A DNA stretch of 64,000 nucleotides from a virus, in the IMG/VR virus record IMGVR_UViG_2974645756_000001, positions 58,062 through 122,061 of that record; one strand, given 5' to 3'. A model generated the notes under the pieces. That model made no database searches, had not been told where the DNA came from, and was given only the letters and a program-made list of their open reading frames with translations. Shown one piece after another: positions 10,472 to 20,598 of this stretch. Numbering within the stretch: the stretch's first letter is position 1; every line of letters starts with the position of its first letter. Position numbers and translations under genes: made by a program.

Positions 10472-10831
10472 ATGACAAGAGATTTAGAAAAACCGTACAC
10501 AGAGGAAATTAATTACGAAAAAGTAAAAGGTTTTGAAAAGTGGTTAAAGGATTCATATGGAATGTCCATTAGTGGTGTTTTTAAGTTTAGTATTCAACGA
10601 TTATGTAGACAAACCATACTACAGAGATTCTTTAGAGAAGTTCATAAAATACATGTTGATGTTTATAGAAGTGCTATGGGTTGGCAATGTAATTTAGAAA
10701 AGGCTGAGTGTGGTACACACATGCATATAGTATCTGATTCAAATGATGATTTGGATGGTATTGAGTACGAAGATGCACAACAACAAGGATTATTAAATAT
10801 AATTGGATTAAAATGCTTGTATATTAAATAA
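10472..10831 (+). CDS. hypothetical protein
   Basis: 119-aa ORF. Confidence 0.6.
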   Translation: MTRDLEKPYTEEINYEKVKGFEKWLKDSYGMSISGVFKFSIQRLCRQTILQRFFREVHKIHVDVYRSAMGWQCNLEKAECGTHMHIVSDSNDDLDGIEYEDAQQQGLLNIIGLKCLYIK

Positions 10832-10837
10832 GTTTTG

Positions 10838-10883
10838 TATATTTGTTGTATAAATGAGAATCATTAACGATGGCGAAGCCATC
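10838..10883 (+). promoter_or_regulatory. TATATTTG promoter plus two-hairpin leader (AATGA-GAA-TCATT; GATGGC-GAA-GCCATC)
   Basis: same architecture recurs at 49815 and 52081, and in part at 17893 and 50189. Confidence 0.7.
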
Positions 10884-10901
10884 TAGTTAAAAACATTAGA
10901 C

Positions 10902-11144
10902 ATGAGTAAGACAAAAATAGTAGTAGCAAACGAGAACACATTATGTTATATAATTCCTCAATTACCTAATAGTTTACAGGTTTTATCACCAAGCATTATA
11001 AGGGGTTCAACAATGCAAGATTTTGGGTCATATCCAATCGAAAATTACGAAGTTCGCTTGGCTACCAGCAAAGATTTTGAAACTTACAGAGTATGTGAAA
11101 ATGGTTATAGAGAAGATGTTGAAAATTACGAATATAACAGATAA
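10902..11144 (+). CDS. hypothetical protein, paralog of 11910..12167
   Basis: KIVVANENTLCYIIP..VRLATSKDFE aligns by eye with KLVVIDEHTLGYIFP..IRLACEQDFE. Confidence 0.7.
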   Translation: MSKTKIVVANENTLCYIIPQLPNSLQVLSPSIIRGSTMQDFGSYPIENYEVRLATSKDFETYRVCENGYREDVENYEYNR

Positions 11145-11376
11145 TGTACATACTTATATCAATTAGTGGTAATGACTATAGAAGAGAAGTCCTAGTAAGG
11201 TATCTAAAAGAAAATCTAAACTGGTAGACCATATTAAAGAGAATGGTTATTATTTCAGTAAGAAACTTAACCGATACATAGATGATAAAAACACTAAAGA
11301 TGGTGGTAGTGGTGTTGACTATGTAATAGAACAAATAGAAGAAATTTAAACAATTATTAATTATAAATACATACAA

Positions 11377-11643
11377 ATGAAAAAACGTTTATTAGTTATT
11401 TTTGCAATTATTGCAATGTCATTAACATCATGTACCGATGCTACTCGTGCTAAATGGGGTGGTTATGGTTCTGAGTTCAAAGTTGAGTTAGTTAACTGTG
11501 ATGGTACAATTACACACTCATGGATTAGTAGTGGTAAAGTATTAAGTGAGCAATCAAGTGATGGTTATTACTTCAATGATAAAGAAACTGGTAGGATTAT
11601 TGAAGTTACTGGAACATTAATCATATCAAAATATAAAGACTAA
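11377..11643 (+). CDS. putative lipoprotein
   Basis: MKKR + hydrophobic stretch + LTSC lipobox. Confidence 0.7.
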   Translation: MKKRLLVIFAIIAMSLTSCTDATRAKWGGYGSEFKVELVNCDGTITHSWISSGKVLSEQSSDGYYFNDKETGRIIEVTGTLIISKYKD

Positions 11644-11647
11644 ATAA

Positions 11648-11822
11648 ATATTCCCGAAATGTCCGTGAGCAATCGAAGTACAAGATTGTGAATTAACCGA
11701 CAGTAGCCTAGTGCGCAATAGGTGTGTAGTAAATGTAAGGAATATATAATAACACATGCTAGTGTAGTACTTAATTATCCAAGTACTTTCGAATGCACTA
11801 TTGGAATAGAATAGGTGTTATT
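11648..11822 (+). ncRNA. candidate structured non-coding RNA of unknown family
   Basis: ORF-free segment with nested stems: ATATTCC/GGAATAT, CAATC/GATTG, CCTA/TAGG, AATAACAC/GTGTTATT, TAGTG/CACTA, AGTACTT/AAGTACT; followed by a terminator. Confidence 0.45.
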
Positions 11823-11825
11823 TTA

Positions 11826-11858
11826 AAAAATCCTGAACATTTTTTGTTCAGGATTTTT
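11826..11858 (+). terminator. inverted repeat/terminator
   Basis: AAAAATCCTGAACA...TGTTCAGGATTTTT. Confidence 0.8.
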
Positions 11859-11871
11859 CTATTTAAAATAT

Positions 11872-11908
11872 AAGTGTTATATTTGAATAGTCAAACAAAA
11901 AGAGATAA
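11872..11908 (+). repeat. 37-bp promoter/leader direct repeat, copy 1
   Basis: AAGTGTTATATTTGAATAGTCAAACAAAAAGAGATAA, identical to 12191..12227; contains TATATTTG. Confidence 0.85.
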
Positions 11909-11909
11909 C

Positions 11910-12167
11910 ATGAACAACAATAAAGATTTCGATTTCCGTATTAAATTAGTAGTAATAGATGAACATACTTTAGGTTATATCTTCCCTGAATATCCTGATG
12001 AATTTCATATACTAAGTAAGAATTGTGAATCACCATATAGAAGTGGTGATAAGTATGTTATAACTCACGAAAATATTAGATTGGCATGTGAACAAGATTT
12101 CGAAAATTTCTATACAGTTTTCGATGGTTACAATAATCCTGCTAGATATATTTACGATAACAAGTAA
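11910..12167 (+). CDS. hypothetical protein, paralog of 10902..11144
   Basis: bracketed by the two 37-bp repeats; start moved to the ATG after the repeat. Confidence 0.7.
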   Translation: MNNNKDFDFRIKLVVIDEHTLGYIFPEYPDEFHILSKNCESPYRSGDKYVITHENIRLACEQDFENFYTVFDGYNNPARYIYDNK

Positions 12168-12190
12168 ATAAATTTGCGTGGGAACTTTAA

Positions 12191-12227
12191 AAGTGTTATA
12201 TTTGAATAGTCAAACAAAAAGAGATAA
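12191..12227 (+). repeat. 37-bp promoter/leader direct repeat, copy 2
   Basis: identical to 11872..11908. Confidence 0.85.
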
Positions 12228-12230
12228 ATT

Positions 12231-12458
12231 ATGTTAACAGTTGAATTAGGTAATATAGGTTGCGAAAAACAAGCAAAGAAAATCAAAGAAAAATTACAAG
12301 GTAAAACTTACTTCAATTTTGAGGTTGATTATTGTGCATACATGGGTAATTATCCTGTATCAGTTTCTAGTGACATTAACAATAATAATAGTGGTAACGA
12401 ATACACTTTAGAAGAATTTAAATATATGTTAATGTTCGTTATGGCATGTGAAATGTAA
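12231..12458 (+). CDS. small hypothetical protein
   Basis: 75-aa ORF directly after repeat copy 2. Confidence 0.65.
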   Translation: MLTVELGNIGCEKQAKKIKEKLQGKTYFNFEVDYCAYMGNYPVSVSSDINNNNSGNEYTLEEFKYMLMFVMACEM

Positions 12459-12477
12459 GAATAAATAAAAAATAATT

Positions 12478-12518
12478 AAAAAATCCCATTGTTATGTCAA
12501 TGGGATTTTTTATATTTG
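12478..12518 (+). promoter_or_regulatory. stem-loop plus TATATTTG promoter cassette
   Basis: AAAAAATCCCATTG-TTATGT-CAATGGGATTTTTT directly followed by TATATTTG. Confidence 0.75.
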
Positions 12519-12541
12519 TAGAGTCAAAAGATAAGAACATT

Positions 12542-15500
12542 ATGTTATATAAAAACAGTAATCAAGTAATACCACAAGAGGCAAGAAAAGATATCAATAA
12601 TAAAATTCTTCACTTAATTGAGACAGGTGATTTGCAAGGGTTGAGTCGAGAAGATATTTATAATGCATATACAGGTGATGGTGGTTTACATGGGTTAGAG
12701 TTCAAAAATTACAATTCATTCTACGATTATACAGAGGCTAAGAAACAGGTTGAGAATGGTCAATTTTTTACGCCAGCAACTACTGCACAAGATGTAGTTG
12801 ATACTTTAATGGTTCAACCAAGTGATTTAGTTGCAGACCTTACGTGTGGTCATGGTTCATTCTTCAATTACCTACCAACTCAATCAAATATTTACGGTAG
12901 TGATTTAGATAATAAAGCTGTAAGAGTTGCTAGATTTCTTTACCCAAAAGCAAATATAAAGAACCAAGACATTAGAGAATATGAACCAAATGTAAAGTTT
13001 GATTCAATCATAATCAACCCACCATTAATTTAAAGTTTGGTGATATGAGTTCTCAAATGTATGTTTGTCAAAAGTCTGCTGAGTTAATGAAACCACTTTC
13101 TTTGATGGCTTTAATTGTTCCTAAATCATTTTTGAATGATGAAATGATTAATAAAAAGACATTGAGCGAATGAATGAGTATTTCAATTTCGTTGGTCAGT
13201 ATGCGTTAAATCCGAAAGAATTTAAACAAATGGGTGTTGATTATTTCGAGACAAAAGTAATGTTCTTCCAAAGAAAATCAGAATTTGTTGATGATGTTCC
13301 TTTTATTAATATCTACAATGAACGTGATTATATTAAGGCTAGTATAGGCGATTTAAGAGCAGTTAAATCAACTTTAAAGGCTAAGACCCTTTCAGAGATT
13401 AAAAGCGATGATTCTGACTTCTCATATAGAGTTAAGAAGTATTTATATGAGTTTAAAACACACAAAAACTTACAATACTATTCTTCAAAGGCTGAGGCGT
13501 TAATTGAAAAATTCAATACTCAAAATAAACCTGAGGGGATGGAGTATAAAGAATGGGATAATATTAAATTAACCGAGGCTAAAGTATTAGCAACATTTAA
13601 GCGAGTTATGAAAAACGCTTATATAGTTGACCGTGATGTTATCCGAGTTGTTAAGCAGAACCATACGTTCAAAATCAAGCCATATAGCGGTAAAATGAAG
13701 CACGTAATTTCAAAAAAGGTATCAAACCCTCATATGAATATTTCACAGCTTGTAGCGTATCGTGGTGAGTTTGAAAAGTTCCTAACCGCATGTAAAGTTT
13801 TAAACTTAGATACTACAGAATTAACAAAGGTTGTTAACCGAAAGTATAAAGATTATTTACTACACAACGCAAGCATTAAGGATATACAACCTAGTAAAGA
13901 AATTAAACGTTTTGTAAATAGCTTTAAGTTTATTTCCAAAGGTAAAGTTTGTAAACTAACCAAAATTCAAAAAGAAGATATCGGTAAAGTTTTAACTAGA
14001 AAACACACACTACTTGGTTGGAGTATGGGTGGTGGTAAAAGCGTTGCTTTGTTGTGTATGATTAAATATATAAATAAACACAAATTATCTAAAAATGTTT
14101 TTGTGACTGCACCAGCAATTGCATTGGATTTAACATTAAAGAATTTTTTATCTCATAATGGTGTTGATTTTATAGAAATAAAAAACGCTAACCAACTTAA
14201 AAATATTAAAGATGGTAAAGTAGTTTTAATGACTTTGGGAAGACTTAGTATGTCTAAGGATTCTGTTAAAGAGTTTGTTAAATCAAAGAGTAACAAAGTT
14301 AGTATTTTGTTTGATGAGGTGGATGAAATAAAAAACAGATTATCTAAACGTTCACGAGCAGTTATTAATGCTTTTCGTAGATGTCACCGAACATTTTGTT
14401 TTACTGGAACACCAACAAGAAACAACATAAATGAGATATATGCTATTTTAGAATTAATGTATAATAATTCACATAATATGATGTGTGAAGTGTCTTCTAT
14501 TTATACACAAGACAAGAAGAGTAAAGAAATAAAAAACAAACCAAATAATAAAAAACAATTACCGTTTGATGCATACTATGGGTTTGGTTTATTCAAGTCT
14601 TGTTTTTCACCATCAAAAACAACAGTATTTGGTATAAAGAAAGACACCCAAAATATATTTAATACTGATGAGTTAAAACGAATTGTAGAACGCACAGTTA
14701 TTATTAGAAGTTCTGAGGAACTAATGGGTGATAAGAAAATTATTAAATCACACTTTGTTCAACCAAATTTAGCGGAACGTGAATTACAGGAGACTATAAT
14801 GAAAGAATTTCATCAAATATGTTATACATACTTTAGGTCAACTGGAAATAGTAGAAAGGAATCATATCTAAGAATCATCAGAATGATTAATTTATTGATT
14901 AAGAGTTGTACAGCACCACATTTAATGAATGATTGGAACGGTCAAGGATTACCAACTAAATATTCAAAGGTTCTTAAAATGATTGGCGAAAGACCAAATG
15001 AACCAATTATGATTGGGTGTGTAGGTATACCAAGTACACAAAGTTATTATGATGAAATAAAAAATAAGTATCCAAACAGACGTGTGTATTATGTTGATGG
15101 TACAATACCTTTTAAAAAAAGAAAACAAATAGTAGATGAATTTAACAACTCAGATAATGCAATATTAGTAAGCAACCAAGCATCATTAAAATCAAGTGTT
15201 TCTATAGAGAAATGTAATACTGTTATAATACCATCTTTGCCATGGAATTATGCTTCGCTTTCACAATACTTCTATCGTGCAATTAGATTTGATTCTGAAC
15301 ATAAAACAGAGGTTCATTTAATTACATATACTGATAGTATTGACTTAAATGTATTACAACTATTATTAAATAAAGAGAAGATTAATAATTTCATTAAAAC
15401 TGGTGATGAATCAACAGATGAAGAAGTAAATGAAGAGTTTGGTGTTGATGGTGATGTATTAGGTAGTGTTATTGAAAAATATTACGATGAAGAGGGTGGT

Positions 15501-15542
15501 ATGAGATTTATGTTAGGTTCTGAATCAAAAAGAGTGAGTTAA
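12542..15542 (+). CDS. N6-adenine DNA methyltransferase - SNF2-family helicase fusion (~1000 aa; two 1-nt indels)
   Basis: GQFFTP, motif I DLTCGHG and NPP(F) motif IV; adding one T near 13025 and one A near 13155 joins it to the helicase ORF (MGGGKS, DEVD, TGTP, QYFYRAIR). Confidence 0.82.
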
Positions 15543-15543
15543 T

Positions 15544-16310
15544 ATGAAAAATGATTTTATAATAGATAGGGTTGGTGAAAGATATTACACAAATCAAGGA
15601 TATGAAATAGAAATAATAAGATATAATGGGTATTATGATATATCGGTTAAGTTTCTATCAAGTGGACATGTTGTTGAAACAACATATACATCAATAAAAA
15701 ATGGAACTATAAAAAATTTGTTACATAAAACGGTAAAGGGTGTTGGTTGTTTTGGATATGGTGAATATAAATCTAGGAATAAAATATATGATACATGGTT
15801 TCATATATTAACTAGGTGTTATTGTGAAAAAACTCATATAAAACAACAACATATATTGGATGTAGTGTTGATGATTATTGGCACAATTATCAAAAATTTG
15901 CTGAATGGGTGGATGTAGAATATACAAAAAAATGTATCAAAATTGATAATAAAATGTACCTTGATAAAGATTTGTTGGTTAAAAATAATAAGATTTATTC
16001 AAAAGATACATGTGTTTTTATACCAAATGATGTTAATGTTTTAATAACAAATAGACGTAACTTTAGAGGCTGTTTACCTATAGGTGTAACTACATCAAAA
16101 AATAGGAATAAATATAGAAGTCAGATAAATATATACGGAAAACGTATTGGTTTAGGGTATTTCGATACACCATTTGATGCATTTAATGCATATAAAGAAG
16201 CAAAAGAGAATCATATAAAAGACATTGCTAATAAATATAAAAATGAACCGTGGATGTTAGATAAATTGTATAATGCTCTTATGACATACGAGGTTGAAAT
16301 AACGGATTAA
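15544..16310 (+). CDS. putative free-standing HNH-type homing endonuclease with AP2-like C-terminus (one 1-nt indel)
   Basis: repaired frame reads Q(P)TYIGCSVDDYWHNYQKFAEW..LDKDLLVKNNKIYSKDTCVFIP..PIGV..LGYFDTPFDAFNAYKEAKE, a common phage endonuclease pattern. Confidence 0.7.
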
Positions 16311-16364
16311 TTTTTGTAGTTTAAAATATAAGTGTTATATTTGTAGAGTAAAAATCGAAACAAT

Positions 16365-16646
16365 ATGCAAGTAGATATAAAAAATAGTAACGGTATGTAC
16401 ACATACATTTTAGAATGTTCAACAGGCACATGCGCTAAATCACATTCAGAATGGATTGAAGTTATAGAAACACCATTAACGAAAGATGATATTGAATTTA
16501 TGATTCTAGAGTCTAAAGATGATTGTGGTGATTATAAAGTATTTGGGTCTTATTTTAACTATTATCAATTATTCACACTACATGGTTGGTTATTAAAAAG
16601 AAAGCGTTCAATAACAGATATAAATCAGTTAAGAAATGAAGATTAA
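16365..16646 (+). CDS. hypothetical protein
   Basis: 93-aa ORF preceded by a TATATTTG promoter. Confidence 0.6.
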   Translation: MQVDIKNSNGMYTYILECSTGTCAKSHSEWIEVIETPLTKDDIEFMILESKDDCGDYKVFGSYFNYYQLFTLHGWLLKRKRSITDINQLRNED

Positions 16647-16812
16647 AAATATCAAATCAAATAAAAGATATTCAGCCTTGGGTACATGTGGTATGAGTAA
16701 CGGTATTTTATTTGAGGGTGAATTAACAAGTATTGATAGTTGGGGTGCGTATCTTAAATGTGATAGGGTATTATACACCTATGTAATAAAGACAAACTAA
16801 AAGAAATTTAAT

Positions 16813-17649
16813 ATGGACATACTAAGTAAATTAAATTCAATAAAAGTAGAAAACTCTTCAAGGATTCCAGTTGATTTATATGATAAACTAACAACATTTA
16901 GTGATGTTATGTTGAATGGAATTGACAATGTACAAAAGCATTTAGATTACCTTAATGTATATGACCAATGTTCAGAAAAGTATTTTGATAAAACAATTAG
17001 TGACCTTGAATATAAAATAAAGTCCTTTAAGATAAACTTCATAACAGACTGTATTAATTCAATCGAAGCTAGATATTTTATCATGGTTAAGCGATTACAC
17101 CATAGATATTCTTCATATTCTACTGATTTATTAAAGCAATTTAAAAACGAGACACCAACCATTGAAAGTATCTTAGATATTGTATTTGAATATACAGAGG
17201 GTGTATCATTGGAAGAGTTCGAAAAGAAAAGAGCAAAAGAAAAGTTCTTTAATGAACTTGATGACCGTTGGCAAAAACCATTAGCAACATTTACAAAGAG
17301 TGGTGTTGTAACATTACCTGAGTATATATACATTCATAATGATGGGTATATTCATTCTAATGGTCGTTTTAGAAGTTGTGATGTATATGATATAAAATTA
17401 CTATATCGTGTATTAAATCTGTTCGAGAATGATTCCATTGAATTATGGGATGATAAACAAAATATAAATGAATTTGAATATGATAACTATGTTAATCCAC
17501 TTGCTGGTAAAACAGTAATTGAGAATGATACGTTATTATCCGAGTTCAACATAAGTAAAAAAGGAACAATTAAATTAAGATTCAAAGAAAAGGAAAATGC
17601 TAATAAGTTTTTTCACTTCTTTAACCTACACAAAACCACAAATAGATAA
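16813..17649 (+). CDS. hypothetical protein, paralog of 17948..18874 (DUF4942-like C-terminus)
   Basis: N-terminus MDILSKLNSIKVEN; C-terminus FNISKKGTIKLRF. Confidence 0.6.
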   Translation: MDILSKLNSIKVENSSRIPVDLYDKLTTFSDVMLNGIDNVQKHLDYLNVYDQCSEKYFDKTISDLEYKIKSFKINFITDCINSIEARYFIMVKRLHHRYSSYSTDLLKQFKNETPTIESILDIVFEYTEGVSLEEFEKKRAKEKFFNELDDRWQKPLATFTKSGVVTLPEYIYIHNDGYIHSNGRFRSCDVYDIKLLYRVLNLFENDSIELWDDKQNINEFEYDNYVNPLAGKTVIENDTLLSEFNISKKGTIKLRFKEKENANKFFHFFNLHKTTNR

Positions 17650-17650
17650 C

Positions 17651-17867
17651 ATGAAAAAAATTAGTATTACTTATCACATTATTAGTATTATCAACAGCAT
17701 GTGACCCAATTACAGAGCATGGCAAAGAAATGCAAAAAATGGAATTAAAGGAACGTCAACTGGAATACTTAGAAAAGTTATATCGTATAAAAAGTGACAT
17801 AAACCACAAACTATTAATGAAAGAATTGGATAGTTTGGAAAATGATATTCTAAAAAAGTATAAATAA
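17651..17867 (+). CDS. small putative lipoprotein (one extra A in the run after ATG)
   Basis: repaired frame MKKLVLLITLLVLSTAC-DPITE..., lipobox STAC. Confidence 0.55.
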
Positions 17868-17892
17868 TATTGTGTATTAAAAATTCATTTCT

Positions 17893-17929
17893 TATATTTG
17901 TAGGGTAAAACGGTGATGGTTAAACCATC
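17893..17929 (+). promoter_or_regulatory. TATATTTG promoter plus GATGGT-TAA-ACCATC leader hairpin
   Basis: leader nearly identical to 50189..50242. Confidence 0.7.
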
Positions 17930-17947
17930 CATTAAAAACAAAATAAA

Positions 17948-18874
17948 ATGAGTTTATTAGACAAATTTAGTGCAGTTGAAGTAAAGAATGTTAATAGATT
18001 AAATGAAGAAGATTTAGAGTATGTTAACAAAAAAAGTTCTGAATATAAAAGAATCCTAGAATATAACAACAAATTACATTCAGCATTAAAGACCGTTCTT
18101 GATTCAAATATTGATGAATATAAAGAAATTTCATTCCACACAAAACCTTATCACACTTATGTACATAACAGCAATGATAGTTTAGGTTTAATTAGAAAAG
18201 ATATATCGAACTTACATTACCATTATATTGGTGATATTGTTGGTTACTTTACTAAGAAGTATAATATTACTTGTGATGCTGAAAATTTCGAAATCATACC
18301 AAACTATAAGAGAAGCGATTTATATAACCACAAAGCGTATCCTGAGTATTCTTATCACGGTTCAGAAAAGAGGTTCGAGAATATAGAAAATGTTGTTGTT
18401 GATTATAATGATATTATTGATTATTTATTCAAACACACAGACATGGTAAGTTTCGACCAACACAAAAAAGAGTCAAGTGTTGCATTATTAAAAGATATGT
18501 ACCGTGCAGATTCACACCGTGCAGATATTAAGGTAGCAAAGAATGGTAGTGTACAAATGCCAACATTTATGTCATGTCCTGAGTATCGTAAATTCGAGAG
18601 TGAGAATACAAATAAAGTAACATCACTTAGTGTGGTACTTGAACAAGTTTATTATGAATGTGGTTCTATGTTCAACGATAAGCTATCACCAAGCGCATTT
18701 AAAGACACTTTTTGTGTTGGTAAACCATATAGCCCAAATATTTCTGAACAGCACTCAAAACACGTTGTTGGTGATGATATAGTAGAGTATTACCACTTAA
18801 ACCAAAGCGGTGCTTTAAAAATCAAGTTCAGAAACGCTCAAATTAGTTCAAAGTTCATTAATAAAATTAAATAA
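17948..18874 (+). CDS. hypothetical protein, paralog of 16813..17649
   Basis: N-terminus MSLLDKFSAVEVKN; C-terminus YHLNQSGALKIKF. Confidence 0.6.
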   Translation: MSLLDKFSAVEVKNVNRLNEEDLEYVNKKSSEYKRILEYNNKLHSALKTVLDSNIDEYKEISFHTKPYHTYVHNSNDSLGLIRKDISNLHYHYIGDIVGYFTKKYNITCDAENFEIIPNYKRSDLYNHKAYPEYSYHGSEKRFENIENVVVDYNDIIDYLFKHTDMVSFDQHKKESSVALLKDMYRADSHRADIKVAKNGSVQMPTFMSCPEYRKFESENTNKVTSLSVVLEQVYYECGSMFNDKLSPSAFKDTFCVGKPYSPNISEQHSKHVVGDDIVEYYHLNQSGALKIKFRNAQISSKFINKIK

Positions 18875-18913
18875 CGCGATACATAATTAAAATAAAATTT
18901 GTATATTTGCTTT

Positions 18914-19638
18914 ATGAAAGATAATAATTCACACAAAATACCATTTAAAGATTTACCAAAAAAAGCTGTAAATGGTACTGTTGTTTTTAATAATGTTTTT
19001 TACACAATAACCGCAGTAAATTCTGTTGAGTTCGTTGCTAGAAGGGTAAAGATGTTTTCACCAATTTAACAAAACATTTACACCCATATGGTAAAACTGG
19101 AATGATTGATAAGTTTGGTAAGGATGTACCTTTCTTTATTTTCAAAAAAGATACACCGAGAAAGGATACACCAAAAGAACAAATAGAAGGAACGCCATTT
19201 AATGAGGTTGTTACCACAAGTGTTGAATCAATCAGAAAAGCTAACCTAACAAACCACATTGTACAAATTGGTGATTCTAAAGAGGGTGGTTTTGTTACTG
19301 CTGATAATGGTACTGAGGTTATTGTTAAGTTAAAGAATGGATTATTAAGAAGAATTAATAAAAGTTACCTACACTATCAAAAGGTGTGGTATACAAAAAA
19401 GAATTACAAAAGGTTGTGGTTTAAGTATATTTCTAACCAAGAGTTACCATACAACGAACCAAAACTACAAACAAAGGGCAATCCATTTAAAGAATATAAA
19501 GAACTATTATCAAGGTTTGATAAAGATTATATTATGACTGATGACCCACGTGTTAGAAAGTATCAAGAACAAATACATGACCAAATGAATGTTCTTTGGA
19601 ATAAGTTAACACCAAAACAAAAACAAAAATTAAGTTAA
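18914..19638 (+). CDS. hypothetical protein (one 1-nt indel near 19040)
   Basis: ATG 4 nt after TATATTTG; a single added base joins it to ORF 19102..19638. Confidence 0.5.
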
Positions 19639-19653
19639 CACCATCAACATATT

Positions 19654-19782
19654 ATGAAAGAAAATACTTTACATATAAACAAACCTTCTAAGGCATTATT
19701 GTCTTTTCTAGATAAGCTTAAGGAAGATAAAAGAAAGACTAAAGAAGATTTAAGAAATAATAAACATCTTTATTTTAAATAA
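19654..19782 (+). CDS. small basic protein
   Basis: 42 aa: MKENTLHINKPSKALLSFLDKLKEDKRK... Confidence 0.45.
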   Translation: MKENTLHINKPSKALLSFLDKLKEDKRKTKEDLRNNKHLYFK

Positions 19783-19800
19783 AACTTCTTTTCTTTTTTA

Positions 19801-20075
19801 ATGGATAAAATTTTCCCTTTACCTCATCTAAGGTTAATAAATATCTGATTAAATTCAGTGTTTTTGTAGGAAATCACTCATCAAACATTCAAGTAATTGA
19901 TTTAGTTTTTGAGCTTGTAGAACAGAAAGAAGAAAATATTTCTTTTGTTGATTTGTTTAAAATTTCTAAGTTGATATTGAACTATCTATTGACACATGAT
20001 GTCGTTCTTTATTATTATTGTGATACAGAATTAGGGTTTCCAAAACAATTATACAAATGGAAAATCTATTATTAG
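19801..20075 (+). pseudogene. frameshifted or truncated hypothetical gene (DUF6169-like?)
   Basis: with one base added it reads ...VIDLVFELVEQ...ISKLILNYLLTHDVVLYYYCD...; family recalled, not searched. Confidence 0.3.
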
Positions 20076-20311
20076 GAGTAGTTATTATTTTTATTTCTGA
20101 GTATTTATATTCAGTATACCAAAAGAAACAAAATGATAAGCGTGATGAGGCGTTAGTTAGTATTATTGAAAATATTATGACTGATGAAACGCTTGACCTT
20201 GATACAAAAATCTCAAAATCTTTTGAGTTATGTATACAAAAAGGTGAAGTATCTTCTATGGCTTATGAAATGATTGATATATTTAGTAAAACCGTTAACC
20301 AAAACAAATGA
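20057..20311 (+). CDS. small protein with an N-terminal hydrophobic anchor
   Basis: 84-aa ORF; LLLGVVIIFISEYLY. Confidence 0.6.
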   Translation: MENLLLGVVIIFISEYLYSVYQKKQNDKRDEALVSIIENIMTDETLDLDTKISKSFELCIQKGEVSSMAYEMIDIFSKTVNQNK

Positions 20312-20598
20312 CAGAAGTAACAAACTTCAATGATGAAGTAAAAAACAATGAGAAGCCAGTATTAGTTGATTTTTATGCTAATTGGTGTATGCCATGTAGA
20401 ATGTTAATGCCAGTTCTTAGTACAATTGATTCTGATGAATTTGATGTTAAGAAAGTAAACATTGAAGACCATGCAGATGTTGCACGAGAGTATAATGTAC
20501 GTTCAATTCCTTCTTTAATTTATATTAAAGATGGTGTGTCATATCCTATTCGTAGCAGAACCAAACAAACAATATTAGAAGAAATCGAAATGTTATAA
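20308..20598 (+). CDS. trxA: thioredoxin
   Basis: PVLVDFYANWCMPC active site; cis-Pro motif SIP. Confidence 0.92.
   Translation: MTEVTNFNDEVKNNEKPVLVDFYANWCMPCRMLMPVLSTIDSDEFDVKKVNIEDHADVAREYNVRSIPSLIYIKDGVSYPIRSRTKQTILEEIEML

Noticed and set aside
11648-11822. Assignment of the structured spacer to a tRNA, hammerhead/twister/pistol ribozyme or known riboswitch
   Set aside because: No T-loop GTTCRA/CCA arrangement, no CTGANGA core, and no riboswitch consensus that I could match
13020-13170. Programmed ribosomal frameshifting or phase variation in the MTase-helicase and other split genes
   Set aside because: Similar 1-nt indels hit many unrelated genes without slippery heptamers or downstream stimulators; sequencing error is more parsimonious
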